Positions 8,768 through 16,755 of a stretch of 64,000 nucleotides of DNA are shown piece by piece. The translations under genes were made by a program, and so were the position numbers. The stretch is taken from the sequence record PQ182779.1; one strand, given 5' to 3'. The notes under the pieces are model-generated. The model was given only the letters and a program-made list of their open reading frames with translations. It did not search any database and was not told the DNA's origin. Numbering within the stretch: position 1 is the stretch's first letter; the number at the start of each line of letters is the position of its first letter.

Positions 8768-9167
8768 TTTAAGCAGATTCATTCGGGAAATAATCATTCT
8801 GAAAAAGACCGATGTTGATAAGTACTCCCCGGATGCGGTCAGGAAATTCTTTGAACGTAAACACTCGTTTTTGGAATTAGGGGTATTGGAGAGACCAAAG
8901 GGTCCGATGTCCAAAGAGGACTTCCAACGTTACGTAACGGTTAACCGTGACCAATGTCACTTTGTGACGAAGAACTACAAGTGGGACAGCGAAGGGAATC
9001 TCGTTACGAGTATCGCAAACTACAACCCTATTCGTTCTGAGAAAGTAGCGGGCGCGCTGATGAAGGAAACGCTTCCTTTTGTGTTTGTCCCGCGAATTCT
9101 TCGTAAGCGAAATCAAGACGGCAGTTACCGTTTTGACATTATAACGTTCGATGTTTGCTGGAGGTAA
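8757..9167 (+). CDS. hypothetical protein
   Basis: Overlapping-operon ORF, 136 aa. Confidence 0.7.
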   Translation: MNTDLSRFIREIIILKKTDVDKYSPDAVRKFFERKHSFLELGVLERPKGPMSKEDFQRYVTVNRDQCHFVTKNYKWDSEGNLVTSIANYNPIRSEKVAGALMKETLPFVFVPRILRKRNQDGSYRFDIITFDVCWR

Positions 9168-9398
9168 ATGATGTACGAAGGTAATCTATTACGGTACGCT
9201 AACGCCAAAATTAAAACGGAGTTAGAGCAGGTCGAGGATGTTGAGGTATCGGATCTCGATGAGCCCGTTTTCGATACCCTTTTCGACATAATCCGTTTAG
9301 GGTTAGTGGTGGGTTGTGATCTGACCACACTTAACGGTTTTCATTTGACCGCGAACACTGAAGAAGCGGAGGTCTGTCGTGGACTGCTTTTTAAATGA
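9168..9398 (+). CDS. hypothetical protein
   Basis: SD GGAGG; abuts the previous stop. Confidence 0.65.
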   Translation: MMYEGNLLRYANAKIKTELEQVEDVEVSDLDEPVFDTLFDIIRLGLVVGCDLTTLNGFHLTANTEEAEVCRGLLFK

Positions 9399-9711
9399 TT
9401 CTGAGGCAATTTCTACCCATCAAAGACAGCGTCTTTTTGAACTTAAAGCAAATATCATCGCTCAAAGTTCGGTAGAGAAAGCACTAAACGCGCTTCGTGA
9501 GGAAGAATATCATCTTCGTGAACTTATCCAAATGGATCTTCGTCAGACGGGTATTTACGAAGCGCATTTACGCGGGATACGCGACGAAGAGATCGCGCAC
9601 TACGGCGATTATTCTGTCGGGTACGTCCAACGTTGCATTAAGTCCAAAGAAGCTGAGTTATACTCTCGGCGGACTGGTAACGCCATTATGATTCAATGGC
9701 CTGAGGAATAA
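9379..9711 (+). CDS. hypothetical protein
   Basis: SD GGAGG, GTG start. Confidence 0.65.
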   Translation: MDCFLNDSEAISTHQRQRLFELKANIIAQSSVEKALNALREEEYHLRELIQMDLRQTGIYEAHLRGIRDEEIAHYGDYSVGYVQRCIKSKEAELYSRRTGNAIMIQWPEE

Positions 9712-10152
9712 ATGATGATCACTACATTTAAAGGGCGTAAAGGAATTTGGACCAAACGTAACAAGGCTGACTTTGGGGAATTTATTCAGGTCAGTGGCGA
9801 TGATAAACTACGAATCAATTTCGGGCTGTTTGTCAAGGCCAAAGACCGTTCCGTTGTTATTCATTTTCATGACCTGTTTCCAGCGGACAGTAGTATTGAC
9901 AATGGAACAGAGAAAAATAAAGCGCTGTTCGTTCCTCTGTTCCATGTCACACCTGGTGTAAAAAGTACCGGTATTTGCTTCAGTCCAGAATGTTTTTATA
10001 TTTCACTTTCTATTAACTACTGGGCTGGGCCTTCCCGCAATCTCAAATTAGGTGTCAATGCTCTTCAATCCTTTATTGGCGGGTTAGGTGATATCTCCGG
10101 CGAGAAGCTCGTCGAAATTTTATCGGGAGTTGAAAAAGCATATGCTGCCTAA
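9712..10152 (+). CDS. hypothetical protein
   Basis: SD GAGG; abuts the previous stop. Confidence 0.7.
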   Translation: MMITTFKGRKGIWTKRNKADFGEFIQVSGDDKLRINFGLFVKAKDRSVVIHFHDLFPADSSIDNGTEKNKALFVPLFHVTPGVKSTGICFSPECFYISLSINYWAGPSRNLKLGVNALQSFIGGLGDISGEKLVEILSGVEKAYAA

Positions 10153-10234
10153 AATGCGGTACTACCGCCACTCTGAGATCATATTCTGCCCGTAGAGATG
10201 TTCTCTACGGGTGAACTCAGAGGATTAAAAAAAG

Positions 10235-10498
10235 ATGGCTATTCGTGACCGAGCTTTTCGCCGTTTCAAACGTGCTATGAAGAAAAAGAAAGTTTCTCAC
10301 TATTGGAACGCCAATGTCTATTTTAACGGGATGAAGCCCCAAACCGATAAAGGTATTATCGGTCGTGTAGCGACAACACCTTGTAATTGTAGTTGCTGGA
10401 TGTGCGGTCATCAACGTAAAGGGCACGGGCTTACGCATAGCGAAACAGTAGCGCGAGAAAAGGCAGATATTGCATTGGGTCTGTCAGAAAAAGACTAA
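10235..10498 (+). CDS. small basic Zn-binding protein (TPCxCSCWMCGH motif)
   Basis: Arg/Lys-rich N-terminus and Cys cluster CNCSCWMC; SD GAGGA. Confidence 0.7.
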   Translation: MAIRDRAFRRFKRAMKKKKVSHYWNANVYFNGMKPQTDKGIIGRVATTPCNCSCWMCGHQRKGHGLTHSETVAREKADIALGLSEKD

Positions 10499-10544
10499 CA
10501 AATCGGGCGGGGATTAGCTCCGCCTACTTTTCAGAGGAAAGAAA

Positions 10545-10907
10545 ATGACTAAGAAAGATGTTCCTGTACAACCGGATACCATGGAGACTTTTGGTCTGTG
10601 GGAGCTTGAGAAAGAAATTTACGAAAAAGAAGGGGTACGCGTACTTTTCCGAGCACCTGCCAGGTTGTCACTGATCGGGAAACGTTATAACGAAATTTAC
10701 ACCAACGTTTGTCCTGGTAATGCTCGATTGACGGTGTTGACGAAACGAATTCAAAACGTCATCAAACAACTGATCGTGGCGAACCAACGCGGGTTTCTTT
10801 CGACTATCCCTAGTCACGAAATCACATTTGATTACGTCGATGGGAAAGGGAACTTTCCTAATGGCGGGCAATACCTGACTACCGTTCGTAACAGCTATTC
10901 GAAATAA
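10545..10907 (+). CDS. conserved phage hypothetical protein
   Basis: SD GAGG; motifs WELE..I...EGVRV.FRA and VDG.G..P.G...L..VR.SY. Confidence 0.7.
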   Translation: MTKKDVPVQPDTMETFGLWELEKEIYEKEGVRVLFRAPARLSLIGKRYNEIYTNVCPGNARLTVLTKRIQNVIKQLIVANQRGFLSTIPSHEITFDYVDGKGNFPNGGQYLTTVRNSYSK

Positions 10908-10912
10908 TAGAC

Positions 10913-10943
10913 AATTGGAGATGAAGCCATCTCCAATTTTTTT
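10913..10943 (+). terminator. intrinsic terminator
   Basis: AATTGGAGATG/CATCTCCAATT stem plus T-run. Confidence 0.8.
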
Positions 10944-10949
10944 AACATC

Positions 10950-10965
10950 TATATAGCTACAGTGA
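10950..10965 (+). promoter_or_regulatory. phage early promoter motif
   Basis: TATATAGC-TACA-GTGA followed by the hairpin + TAACTAAAC leader. Confidence 0.7.
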
Positions 10966-11024
10966 TTTAGGAAAGATAAAACCTTTCCGTAAATAAAATA
11001 ACTAAACCTATTGGAGTGCTATTA

Positions 11025-11435
11025 ATGTTACTGACTGCGAAAACTATCGAAAACGTACAAAAAGCTATTAATAAAAGTTCTTATACTGTTAAAGAGATTA
11101 AAGTCAAAGCTATTTATACCACACCAAAAATTTCGGTGGCGCTTTACATCTTAGACGGCGAATTGGTTGCTAGTCAGCTGTATCCTTTCAAAGGGGCTAA
11201 AATGTCAAATCTCATTTTAGATGCAGCGGCCTTCTGCGACTATTATATCTTAGAAGAGATTTATCGTGGCCTGGAAAAAGACGACACCGCAGAATTGATT
11301 GAGTCTTTATGGCCTTGTAACGATAAACGTAATGTCGTCGAGATCAGCTCCTTGAAAGAAAATCAAATTTCAAAGGAGTCGTTTAATAACCTCGCCAACA
11401 AATTCAACAACAACCATCATCGTCGCCGTAAATAA
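11025..11435 (+). CDS. hypothetical early protein
   Basis: SD GGAG 8 nt before ATG 11025. Confidence 0.7.
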   Translation: MLLTAKTIENVQKAINKSSYTVKEIKVKAIYTTPKISVALYILDGELVASQLYPFKGAKMSNLILDAAAFCDYYILEEIYRGLEKDDTAELIESLWPCNDKRNVVEISSLKENQISKESFNNLANKFNNNHHRRRK

Positions 11436-11446
11436 GAGAAACTAAA

Positions 11447-11818
11447 ATGAAACTACGCTTTACTTTAATAGGGATTGTCTTCTTTGCGGCGAATGCCTCT
11501 GCTCACTACTTCGGTCCAGTTAACCAAACTAACTCTATTGGCATGGACGGTTATTCTCAAATTGAGATGTACATCGACACGAAAGAATCCGGGGATTTTG
11601 TGTTTCGTGTCGGGAATAAGGTCATTGCAGATAAGAAAGGGATTCCTTACAAAAAATATGTTTTCGGCGGTGAAAGAGCAACCTTTCCGATGACCATCAA
11701 TAACAAATTTATCCAGCAGCACGATAACGGACAGAAATACGTCCCTATCTGCGCGATGCAGGTAATACCCAACGTGCAGTTCCAACCAGAGGTGTGCTTC
11801 AATGTCCATGTTGAATAA
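11447..11818 (+). CDS. secreted beta-rich protein, pilus-chaperone/assembly-like
   Basis: Sec signal peptide ending ANASA; beta-strand pattern; C-terminal Cys pair (PICA...EVC). Confidence 0.55.
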   Translation: MKLRFTLIGIVFFAANASAHYFGPVNQTNSIGMDGYSQIEMYIDTKESGDFVFRVGNKVIADKKGIPYKKYVFGGERATFPMTINNKFIQQHDNGQKYVPICAMQVIPNVQFQPEVCFNVHVE

Positions 11819-12206
11819 AGTCTTACTCTTTGCAGTTACACTGGCTTGTTCAACAATGGCTTTTGCCGATGCGCCTTACATCATGAACAACACAGCTGAA
11901 AATCGTGGCCGCGTACAGAACGGTGATATCAGCTGTGAGGTCAGCCGCCCGCAAGCAACGATTAACGTCGGGGCGTACGGAAATAATGGTAGTCAGTATC
12001 GTTATGCAGATAACGATAAAGGCGGGTATGTTAGTATAAGTATCCCCTTAGGCGGTGACGATAAGATGGCCGAAAGCTGCGAGCGGTTAGCTGATCTTAG
12101 TCGTCGCCAAAAAGAATTACAGATCCGTCGTTTAGAGATGGAAATGGAACGCATGGAACAGAATCAGCAAATGGATTCTCAACGTGCGATGCGTGTCGAT
12201 CCGTAA
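11802..12206 (+). CDS. secreted protein with beta-hairpin core and C-terminal coiled coil
   Basis: Signal peptide ending MAFA; GDISCE...GAYG...GGYVSISIPLG...CERL followed by heptad repeats. Confidence 0.6.
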   Translation: MSMLNKVLLFAVTLACSTMAFADAPYIMNNTAENRGRVQNGDISCEVSRPQATINVGAYGNNGSQYRYADNDKGGYVSISIPLGGDDKMAESCERLADLSRRQKELQIRRLEMEMERMEQNQQMDSQRAMRVDP

Positions 12207-12250
12207 GTTGTAGTAAAAAACCTTAACTCAATCTCTCTTTTGGAAAACAA

Positions 12251-12745
12251 ATGAAAAACGTAAAATTCGCTGTGGCTGCTCTGGTACTGTCTCTGTCTTC
12301 TACTGCGTTCGCTGCGCAGGAAATGGTGTGGGATGCAGAATACACCCAAACTCAAATGTCATGTGGGATCGATTTTGCCAATGGTCAGCAGACCGGCGGG
12401 ATCCTTCTGAAAGGCGAGCAAGGTACCGATAATCAAAAGGCAGTTAACTTCGTACTGAAAAGTAACACCGCGCGCCAGAGCTGGAAACTGACCGAAGCCA
12501 AACTGACCCAAAACACCGGGCGCTTCGCCTTCGCTGATAACCTCATGACCATCAGCGATCGTTCGCAAACTTCCGTATTCATCAACAACCAGGAATACGC
12601 GTGGTCTGCCGCTGCTCAAAATCAGCAGATCCAGGGTAACAGCAAAACGCTGGCTATCGCGCCGAAAATCAATCTCGACGCACAAGAGATGCCGCTGGGC
12701 ACTACTCACATCCAGGGCAAAGTTGTCCTGACCTGCGAAAACTAA
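12251..12745 (+). CDS. fimbrial/pilin-like secreted subunit
   Basis: Signal peptide ending TAFA; N-terminal Cys (QMSCGI); terminal strand MPLGTTHIQGKVVLTCEN like the P.G.Y...V..TC end of fimbrial subunits; high-expression codon bias. Confidence 0.55.
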   Translation: MKNVKFAVAALVLSLSSTAFAAQEMVWDAEYTQTQMSCGIDFANGQQTGGILLKGEQGTDNQKAVNFVLKSNTARQSWKLTEAKLTQNTGRFAFADNLMTISDRSQTSVFINNQEYAWSAAAQNQQIQGNSKTLAIAPKINLDAQEMPLGTTHIQGKVVLTCEN

Positions 12746-12753
12746 TCCACTCC

Positions 12754-12780
12754 CGTCTCCGGTTCTCTGAACCGGAGACG
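12754..12780 (+). terminator. strong hairpin (terminator or mRNA-stabilising stem)
   Basis: 12-bp stem CGTCTCCGGTTC/GAACCGGAGACG; weak U-tract. Confidence 0.6.
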
Positions 12781-12812
12781 TTCTAAAACGTTAACGTTAA
12801 GGAAGATATAAA

Positions 12813-13232
12813 ATGTTTTACTCGCTGACCCTACTTTCCAAAATACTCTCTTTGTTCTCCTGCTTCGCCCTGGCTATTCTCATTATTGCGAAAATCCCGT
12901 TATTAGAGGATGCAGTAATTTACTGGGTGATCACGTTGATCACAATACGCTTACTCTGGCTGGGTTTCCAGTTCTTCTCCTTCCCTGACCTCTCAAGAAT
13001 ATCGCTGACGCCAGAGAACAAAAGTAAACTTCGCCAAAAAATAGAGAAGCATCTGACTTTCACTGGCGGGATGAACGTTACGCTGCGTTTAATCGTGGCT
13101 GTGGTGCTATTCATTCTGCTCTGCGTTCACCATGAGTACTTATTAGGTATTCTGTCTATCGCTACTTTCTTTGTCCGAATGTTTTTCGAGATTGAAGCGA
13201 TAATCGAAATTGAATCGCTAAAACGCGTATAA
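12813..13232 (+). CDS. multi-pass membrane protein (about 4 TM)
   Basis: SD AAGGAAG; four hydrophobic segments. Confidence 0.7.
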   Translation: MFYSLTLLSKILSLFSCFALAILIIAKIPLLEDAVIYWVITLITIRLLWLGFQFFSFPDLSRISLTPENKSKLRQKIEKHLTFTGGMNVTLRLIVAVVLFILLCVHHEYLLGILSIATFFVRMFFEIEAIIEIESLKRV

Positions 13233-13266
13233 AAAAGAGAGGGCGTTTGCCCTCTCTTTTTTTTTG
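13231..13266. terminator. bidirectional intrinsic terminator
   Basis: A-run + GAGAGGGC/GCCCTCTC + T-run between convergent genes. Confidence 0.85.
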
Positions 13267-13271
13267 TTTCT

Positions 13272-13841
13272 TTACGGCGTTTGGAACGGGTTGATCAGAA
13301 ATGCAAACTGGTATTTCTCAAATCCCTCTGCTTTCAGTTTCCATCCAATGTAAACCTTAAACCGGCGTTTCTTCACGTGGTCGTCACGCATGAAGTAGAC
13401 CATCCAGTAATGGGACTTATAGGTGCCTTTAACATCAAACCCTTTACCCTCTAAAACAGGTTGACGGAATTTGTCTTTTGGTGCACCTAACACGCTAATA
13501 GAAAAACCGTACAATGGATTGCGGTATAACCAAAAGACACGGGCGACGTAAGTTTGCGCCCATTCAGGGAGTATCTTTACCCAGAGAGAGTGTTTCTCTT
13601 TCCAACCGGAATCCCCATCTAAACTATTGTCCGGTGTGTCGAACCATTTCAGCCATTTCGGTAGTTTCCCGGCCTTCGTCGCAAAGGCCGGTAGAAACGG
13701 TGTGACAATGACGCAAATGATCAACGCTGCGAAGTAGATCAATAAAAAACTCAGCCAATGCAAGAAGCCCAATAACGGAACAGGATGTCCCCAAAGCGTA
13801 ATTTTCTTCATCGTATTCAATCCCCAAGGTAGATGTTTCAT
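13272..13841 (-). CDS. conserved phage membrane-associated protein (WF.TPDN.LDGD.GW family)
   Basis: N-terminal TM helix; WLKWFDTPDNSLDGDSGW and WLYRNP.YGF motifs. Confidence 0.7.
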   Translation of the reverse strand: MKHLPWGLNTMKKITLWGHPVPLLGFLHWLSFLLIYFAALIICVIVTPFLPAFATKAGKLPKWLKWFDTPDNSLDGDSGWKEKHSLWVKILPEWAQTYVARVFWLYRNPLYGFSISVLGAPKDKFRQPVLEGKGFDVKGTYKSHYWMVYFMRDDHVKKRRFKVYIGWKLKAEGFEKYQFAFLINPFQTP

Positions 13842-13858
13842 AAAAACTTCAATAAATC

Positions 13859-13933
13859 GAAATGCAGTTTTTTTGATGTATATATTGCTAAGGTGAAATA
13901 GGAAAGGAAAAAGTCTTTTCCAAATAACTAAAC
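13859..13933 (+). repeat. about 75-bp promoter/leader module, near-identical to 34815-34888
   Basis: GAAATGCAGTTTTTTTGATGTATATAT.GC.AAGGTGAA..AGGAAAGG...AATAACTAAAC present at both loci. Confidence 0.85.
13881..13896 (+). promoter_or_regulatory. phage early promoter motif
   Basis: TATATTGC-TAAG-GTGA. Confidence 0.75.
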
Positions 13934-13952
13934 CAATAAGAGGTAAAGTAAA

Positions 13953-14111
13953 ATGAAAGAAAGTATACTTTTATTAATTGTCACTCTCATTGCATTGCTT
14001 TGTTTCGGCGTATCGTTACCGATGGCCATCCTTTACGGGTTCGTCTCTGTGCTCGTCTGGTATATTGTTTCGCCGTTCGCTCTGTTAGTCTCCGTTACCT
14101 ATTTATCCTAA
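13953..14111 (+). CDS. 52-aa hydrophobic membrane peptide (not in ORF track)
   Basis: SD GAGG; MKESILLLIVTLIALLCFGVSLPMAILYGFVSVLVWYIVSPFALLVSVTYLS*. Confidence 0.75.
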   Translation: MKESILLLIVTLIALLCFGVSLPMAILYGFVSVLVWYIVSPFALLVSVTYLS

Positions 14112-14126
14112 GAGGGAGAAATCATC

Positions 14127-14297
14127 ATGTCTTACTTCATCACGTTAATTCTCACTCTGCTGATCTGCACCTTCTTTGAACTGACTATCATCCCAGCAGT
14201 TCTGGTAGCGTTCGCCGCGGGAGTTATTGGAGCGCTTTCAGAAGAGCAGTTTAACAAAGCCAATTTCAACGCAACTCATTCACCGGAGGCGTTGTAA
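14127..14297 (+). CDS. 56-aa membrane peptide (not in ORF track)
   Basis: SD GAGGGAG; MSYFITLILTLLICTFFELTIIPAVLVAFAAGVIGALSEEQFNKANFNATHSPEAL*. Confidence 0.75.
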   Translation: MSYFITLILTLLICTFFELTIIPAVLVAFAAGVIGALSEEQFNKANFNATHSPEAL

Positions 14298-14416
14298 TGA
14301 AAACGTCTTTCGTGGTACTGGGGATTATTTCCTCGGTACTTATTCTTGACCTGGCTTTACTCCCGGCCTGCGTTTTCGCCGTCGCCGTAGGGGGTTACTT
14401 AAAAGCGGTCAAATAG
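14297..14416 (+). CDS. 39-aa membrane peptide (not in ORF track)
   Basis: SD GGAGG, TAATG coupling; MKTSFVVLGIISSVLILDLALLPACVFAVAVGGYLKAVK*. Confidence 0.7.
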   Translation: MKTSFVVLGIISSVLILDLALLPACVFAVAVGGYLKAVK

Positions 14417-14496
14417 TAGTAAGCGCTGCCTCTCAACAGCGTGAGTAGTGCACTCTCACCCGTAGTTAAATTATTCAATTCAAAAGGTAAATTATC

Positions 14497-14784
14497 ATGG
14501 AAAAAATCAAAGCGTTCTTCTCTTTCTCTTTCACTGAGAAAACCAAAGCAATCTTTGCTTTCATCACCGACACCCTGATCGTTGCCGCGCTGGCAATCTT
14601 CGCCGCGTTCTGCATGGCTACTGCCATGGAAGTGGCGGCCTACGCTTTTGCGGTCTTGGTTATCTTCAGCTATATTCACGATAGCTACAACAACCTCAAA
14701 ACCGTCATTTCTCCTGCCACTGACGGCGAGACTGCGACTGACGCAGGCGAGACCGACGTCTCTGACGCAGCGGTAACCGCTTAA
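14497..14784 (+). CDS. 2-TM membrane protein with acidic tail
   Basis: SD AAAGG; long hydrophobic core; D/E/T-rich C-terminus. Confidence 0.75.
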   Translation: MEKIKAFFSFSFTEKTKAIFAFITDTLIVAALAIFAAFCMATAMEVAAYAFAVLVIFSYIHDSYNNLKTVISPATDGETATDAGETDVSDAAVTA

Positions 14785-14864
14785 GTCGTCACCTCACCCT
14801 TGGCACACGAGATAAGAAGGAAACGCCTTACGATAAGCTAAATTAAATTCTCACACTCTCAAAC

Positions 14865-15068
14865 CGTTATAAGACGATATTTCTCGTTACCCACCCGACA
14901 CCTGTAATCGAGGCTGTGGCGTTGTACCTACTGACTCTTCCGAAATCGAGGAAAGATCAGAGTTCAGGGACAATAGCAGTAAACCCTCTTACTGGTTCGG
15001 TAGTTGCAGAACAATTGACAGGCTTCGCCGTCTGGTTCTGGACATCGCCGTATGCGACTCTTATAACG
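14865..15068 (+). ncRNA. candidate structured non-coding RNA (204 nt)
   Basis: 10-bp perfect closing stem CGTTATAAGA/TCTTATAACG enclosing several nested helices within a 335-nt intergenic gap. Confidence 0.5.
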
Positions 15069-15119
15069 CAAACAACTCTCTCACGTCTAAGTCTACTCTT
15101 AAAGTAAAAGGAAAAAAAT

Positions 15120-15392
15120 ATGTTAATCTTTACTATCGTAATGGGCTTATTAGCAGCGATAGCGATTATCATTGCTGTTGCCGTTGATCGTAATAAGTTA
15201 TTTGGTATCGAAAAACGCAATGAGATCATTAAAGGCTGCTACATCTTCTCTTGCTTGGTCGGTATCTCTGCTCTGTTGGGCTGCGCGTTTGTACCATATT
15301 ACGCAATCCTCTTTATCTTCATACCTGTTTCCGCGTTGGTTTTTAAATACGTAATTGAAGTAGAGCTGGAAATTAATAACTATTGGTACTAG
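15120..15392 (+). CDS. 3-TM membrane protein ending NYWY
   Basis: SD AAGGA; hydrophobic segments. Confidence 0.75.
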   Translation: MLIFTIVMGLLAAIAIIIAVAVDRNKLFGIEKRNEIIKGCYIFSCLVGISALLGCAFVPYYAILFIFIPVSALVFKYVIEVELEINNYWY

Positions 15393-15465
15393 GTAAAAAT
15401 TGTCGTCATTGAGTTCGTAGTTAAATTTTAAAAACTTTGTTCGCTAAAAATAAGGAGATATAACC

Positions 15466-15774
15466 ATGACTCTTTTAATCATTTTTGCTATTCTTGTTGT
15501 CATTGGTTTACTCTGTAGTGCATTTTTTACCATATTCTACCGCGGTAAAGTTGACGCAGACGTCGTTGCCGAAGAGGTAACGACCGAAGCAGTTTGTACT
15601 ACCGAAGAAATGGTTAACGAAGAACCTGCTGTTAACGATGTTCTTTTCTACGGTGAACCAACGGAAAGACAAAAAGAAAAACACAAACGTCATCGTAACC
15701 GCCATCGCGTGTCCGGCAATAACCGCCGCACGTGGCACGACAAATTTGATGATGCTGACTACCAACCACTTTAA
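15466..15774 (+). CDS. N-terminally anchored membrane protein with acidic linker and basic His/Arg patch
   Basis: SD AAGGAG; single TM; KHKRHRNRHR. Confidence 0.75.
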   Translation: MTLLIIFAILVVIGLLCSAFFTIFYRGKVDADVVAEEVTTEAVCTTEEMVNEEPAVNDVLFYGEPTERQKEKHKRHRNRHRVSGNNRRTWHDKFDDADYQPL

Positions 15775-15794
15775 GACAAACCGAGGACTACTCC

Positions 15795-16103
15795 ATGGAA
15801 TTCTATTTGTTCATTTCTGTTGTTACTTTTGCTGTCCTGGCGATGATCACTTTCTTAACCTACATCGCTAACAAAAAGTTAACTGCAAAGTGCGCAACAC
15901 CAGAAGTCCTTTACGATAATTCCTGGAAAGGTCGCTCGATAAGAAAACTCCGTGATTGGACTTGTTTCTTAAGTAAAATCGGGTACCTGATCAGTCATGT
16001 CGCTTTCTGGATCATGCGCGCTGTCTTCGAAGGTCTCGTTTATCAGAAAACAAGAGAAGCGGTAGCAAGAGAATCGTTTCATTCCCGTAATTACTGGTAC
16101 TAG
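15795..16103 (+). CDS. N-terminally anchored membrane protein ending NYWY
   Basis: SD GAGG; single N-terminal TM. Confidence 0.75.
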   Translation: MEFYLFISVVTFAVLAMITFLTYIANKKLTAKCATPEVLYDNSWKGRSIRKLRDWTCFLSKIGYLISHVAFWIMRAVFEGLVYQKTREAVARESFHSRNYWY

Positions 16104-16171
16104 TCCACTGACGCAGTTTCCTTGTCGTTCAACTATCTATCGATTTACATTAACTTAATAAGGTCTATTCC

Positions 16172-16642
16172 ATGAAAAAATTCATTGCTGCTTCACTCAT
16201 CGCCCTGTCCTCTATCGCGTCCTTCAATGTCATGGCCATCGTCAATAATTGGACCGAATCTTATCAGCAGGGTACTCTGGAATTCTACACCGAAAACAGC
16301 GACGGTTTTTCGCTCGCATTCTCTTGCCGCGATACTGGCGATCAATGGCCGGTTCAAGCGCTGTTTCTGAACGGTACTAACGGCAACTCGCTTTCCAGCG
16401 ATGATGATCGCTACGCGCTGGTTATCGAAATGGGCGGTCAGAAGTACCAGATGATCTCTCCTGTTTCTACCGTTGGGGCAAGTAACTGGCGCTTGTTCTT
16501 CGAAGGCGTTAAGAAAACCAAAGCAAAAACCGTTAAGGTTTACGTACAAGATCATCCAGAGACCTTCGTTGTTTTCTCAACTAACGGGCTCAAGAAAATC
16601 GTCGCCGAAAATAAAGGCGGTAACTGCTTCTTTCTCGGCTAA
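16172..16642 (+). CDS. secreted/periplasmic beta-rich protein
   Basis: Signal peptide MKKFIAASLIALSSIASFNVMA; two Cys. Confidence 0.75.
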   Translation: MKKFIAASLIALSSIASFNVMAIVNNWTESYQQGTLEFYTENSDGFSLAFSCRDTGDQWPVQALFLNGTNGNSLSSDDDRYALVIEMGGQKYQMISPVSTVGASNWRLFFEGVKKTKAKTVKVYVQDHPETFVVFSTNGLKKIVAENKGGNCFFLG

Positions 16643-16755
16643 ACAAGTGGGTGGAGAGGGTAAACCCTCTCCGCTCCTAGATCTTTTTCTTTTTTAAGTT
16701 TATTCTGTCTTTCTTTGAGGCAAGCCGCCTAGAATAAAGAAAGGATAGCGTTACC

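Noticed and set aside
14960-14985. GTTCAGGGACAATA resembling the group I intron R element, and CTGA...GAAA resembling a hammerhead core
   Set aside because: No matching S element or P7 partner, and the CUGAnGA core is incomplete; kept only as an unclassified structured RNA.
14916-15107. 63-aa GTG ORF across the structured intergenic region
   Set aside because: Weak SD, no recognisable features, and the nested stems explain the sequence better.
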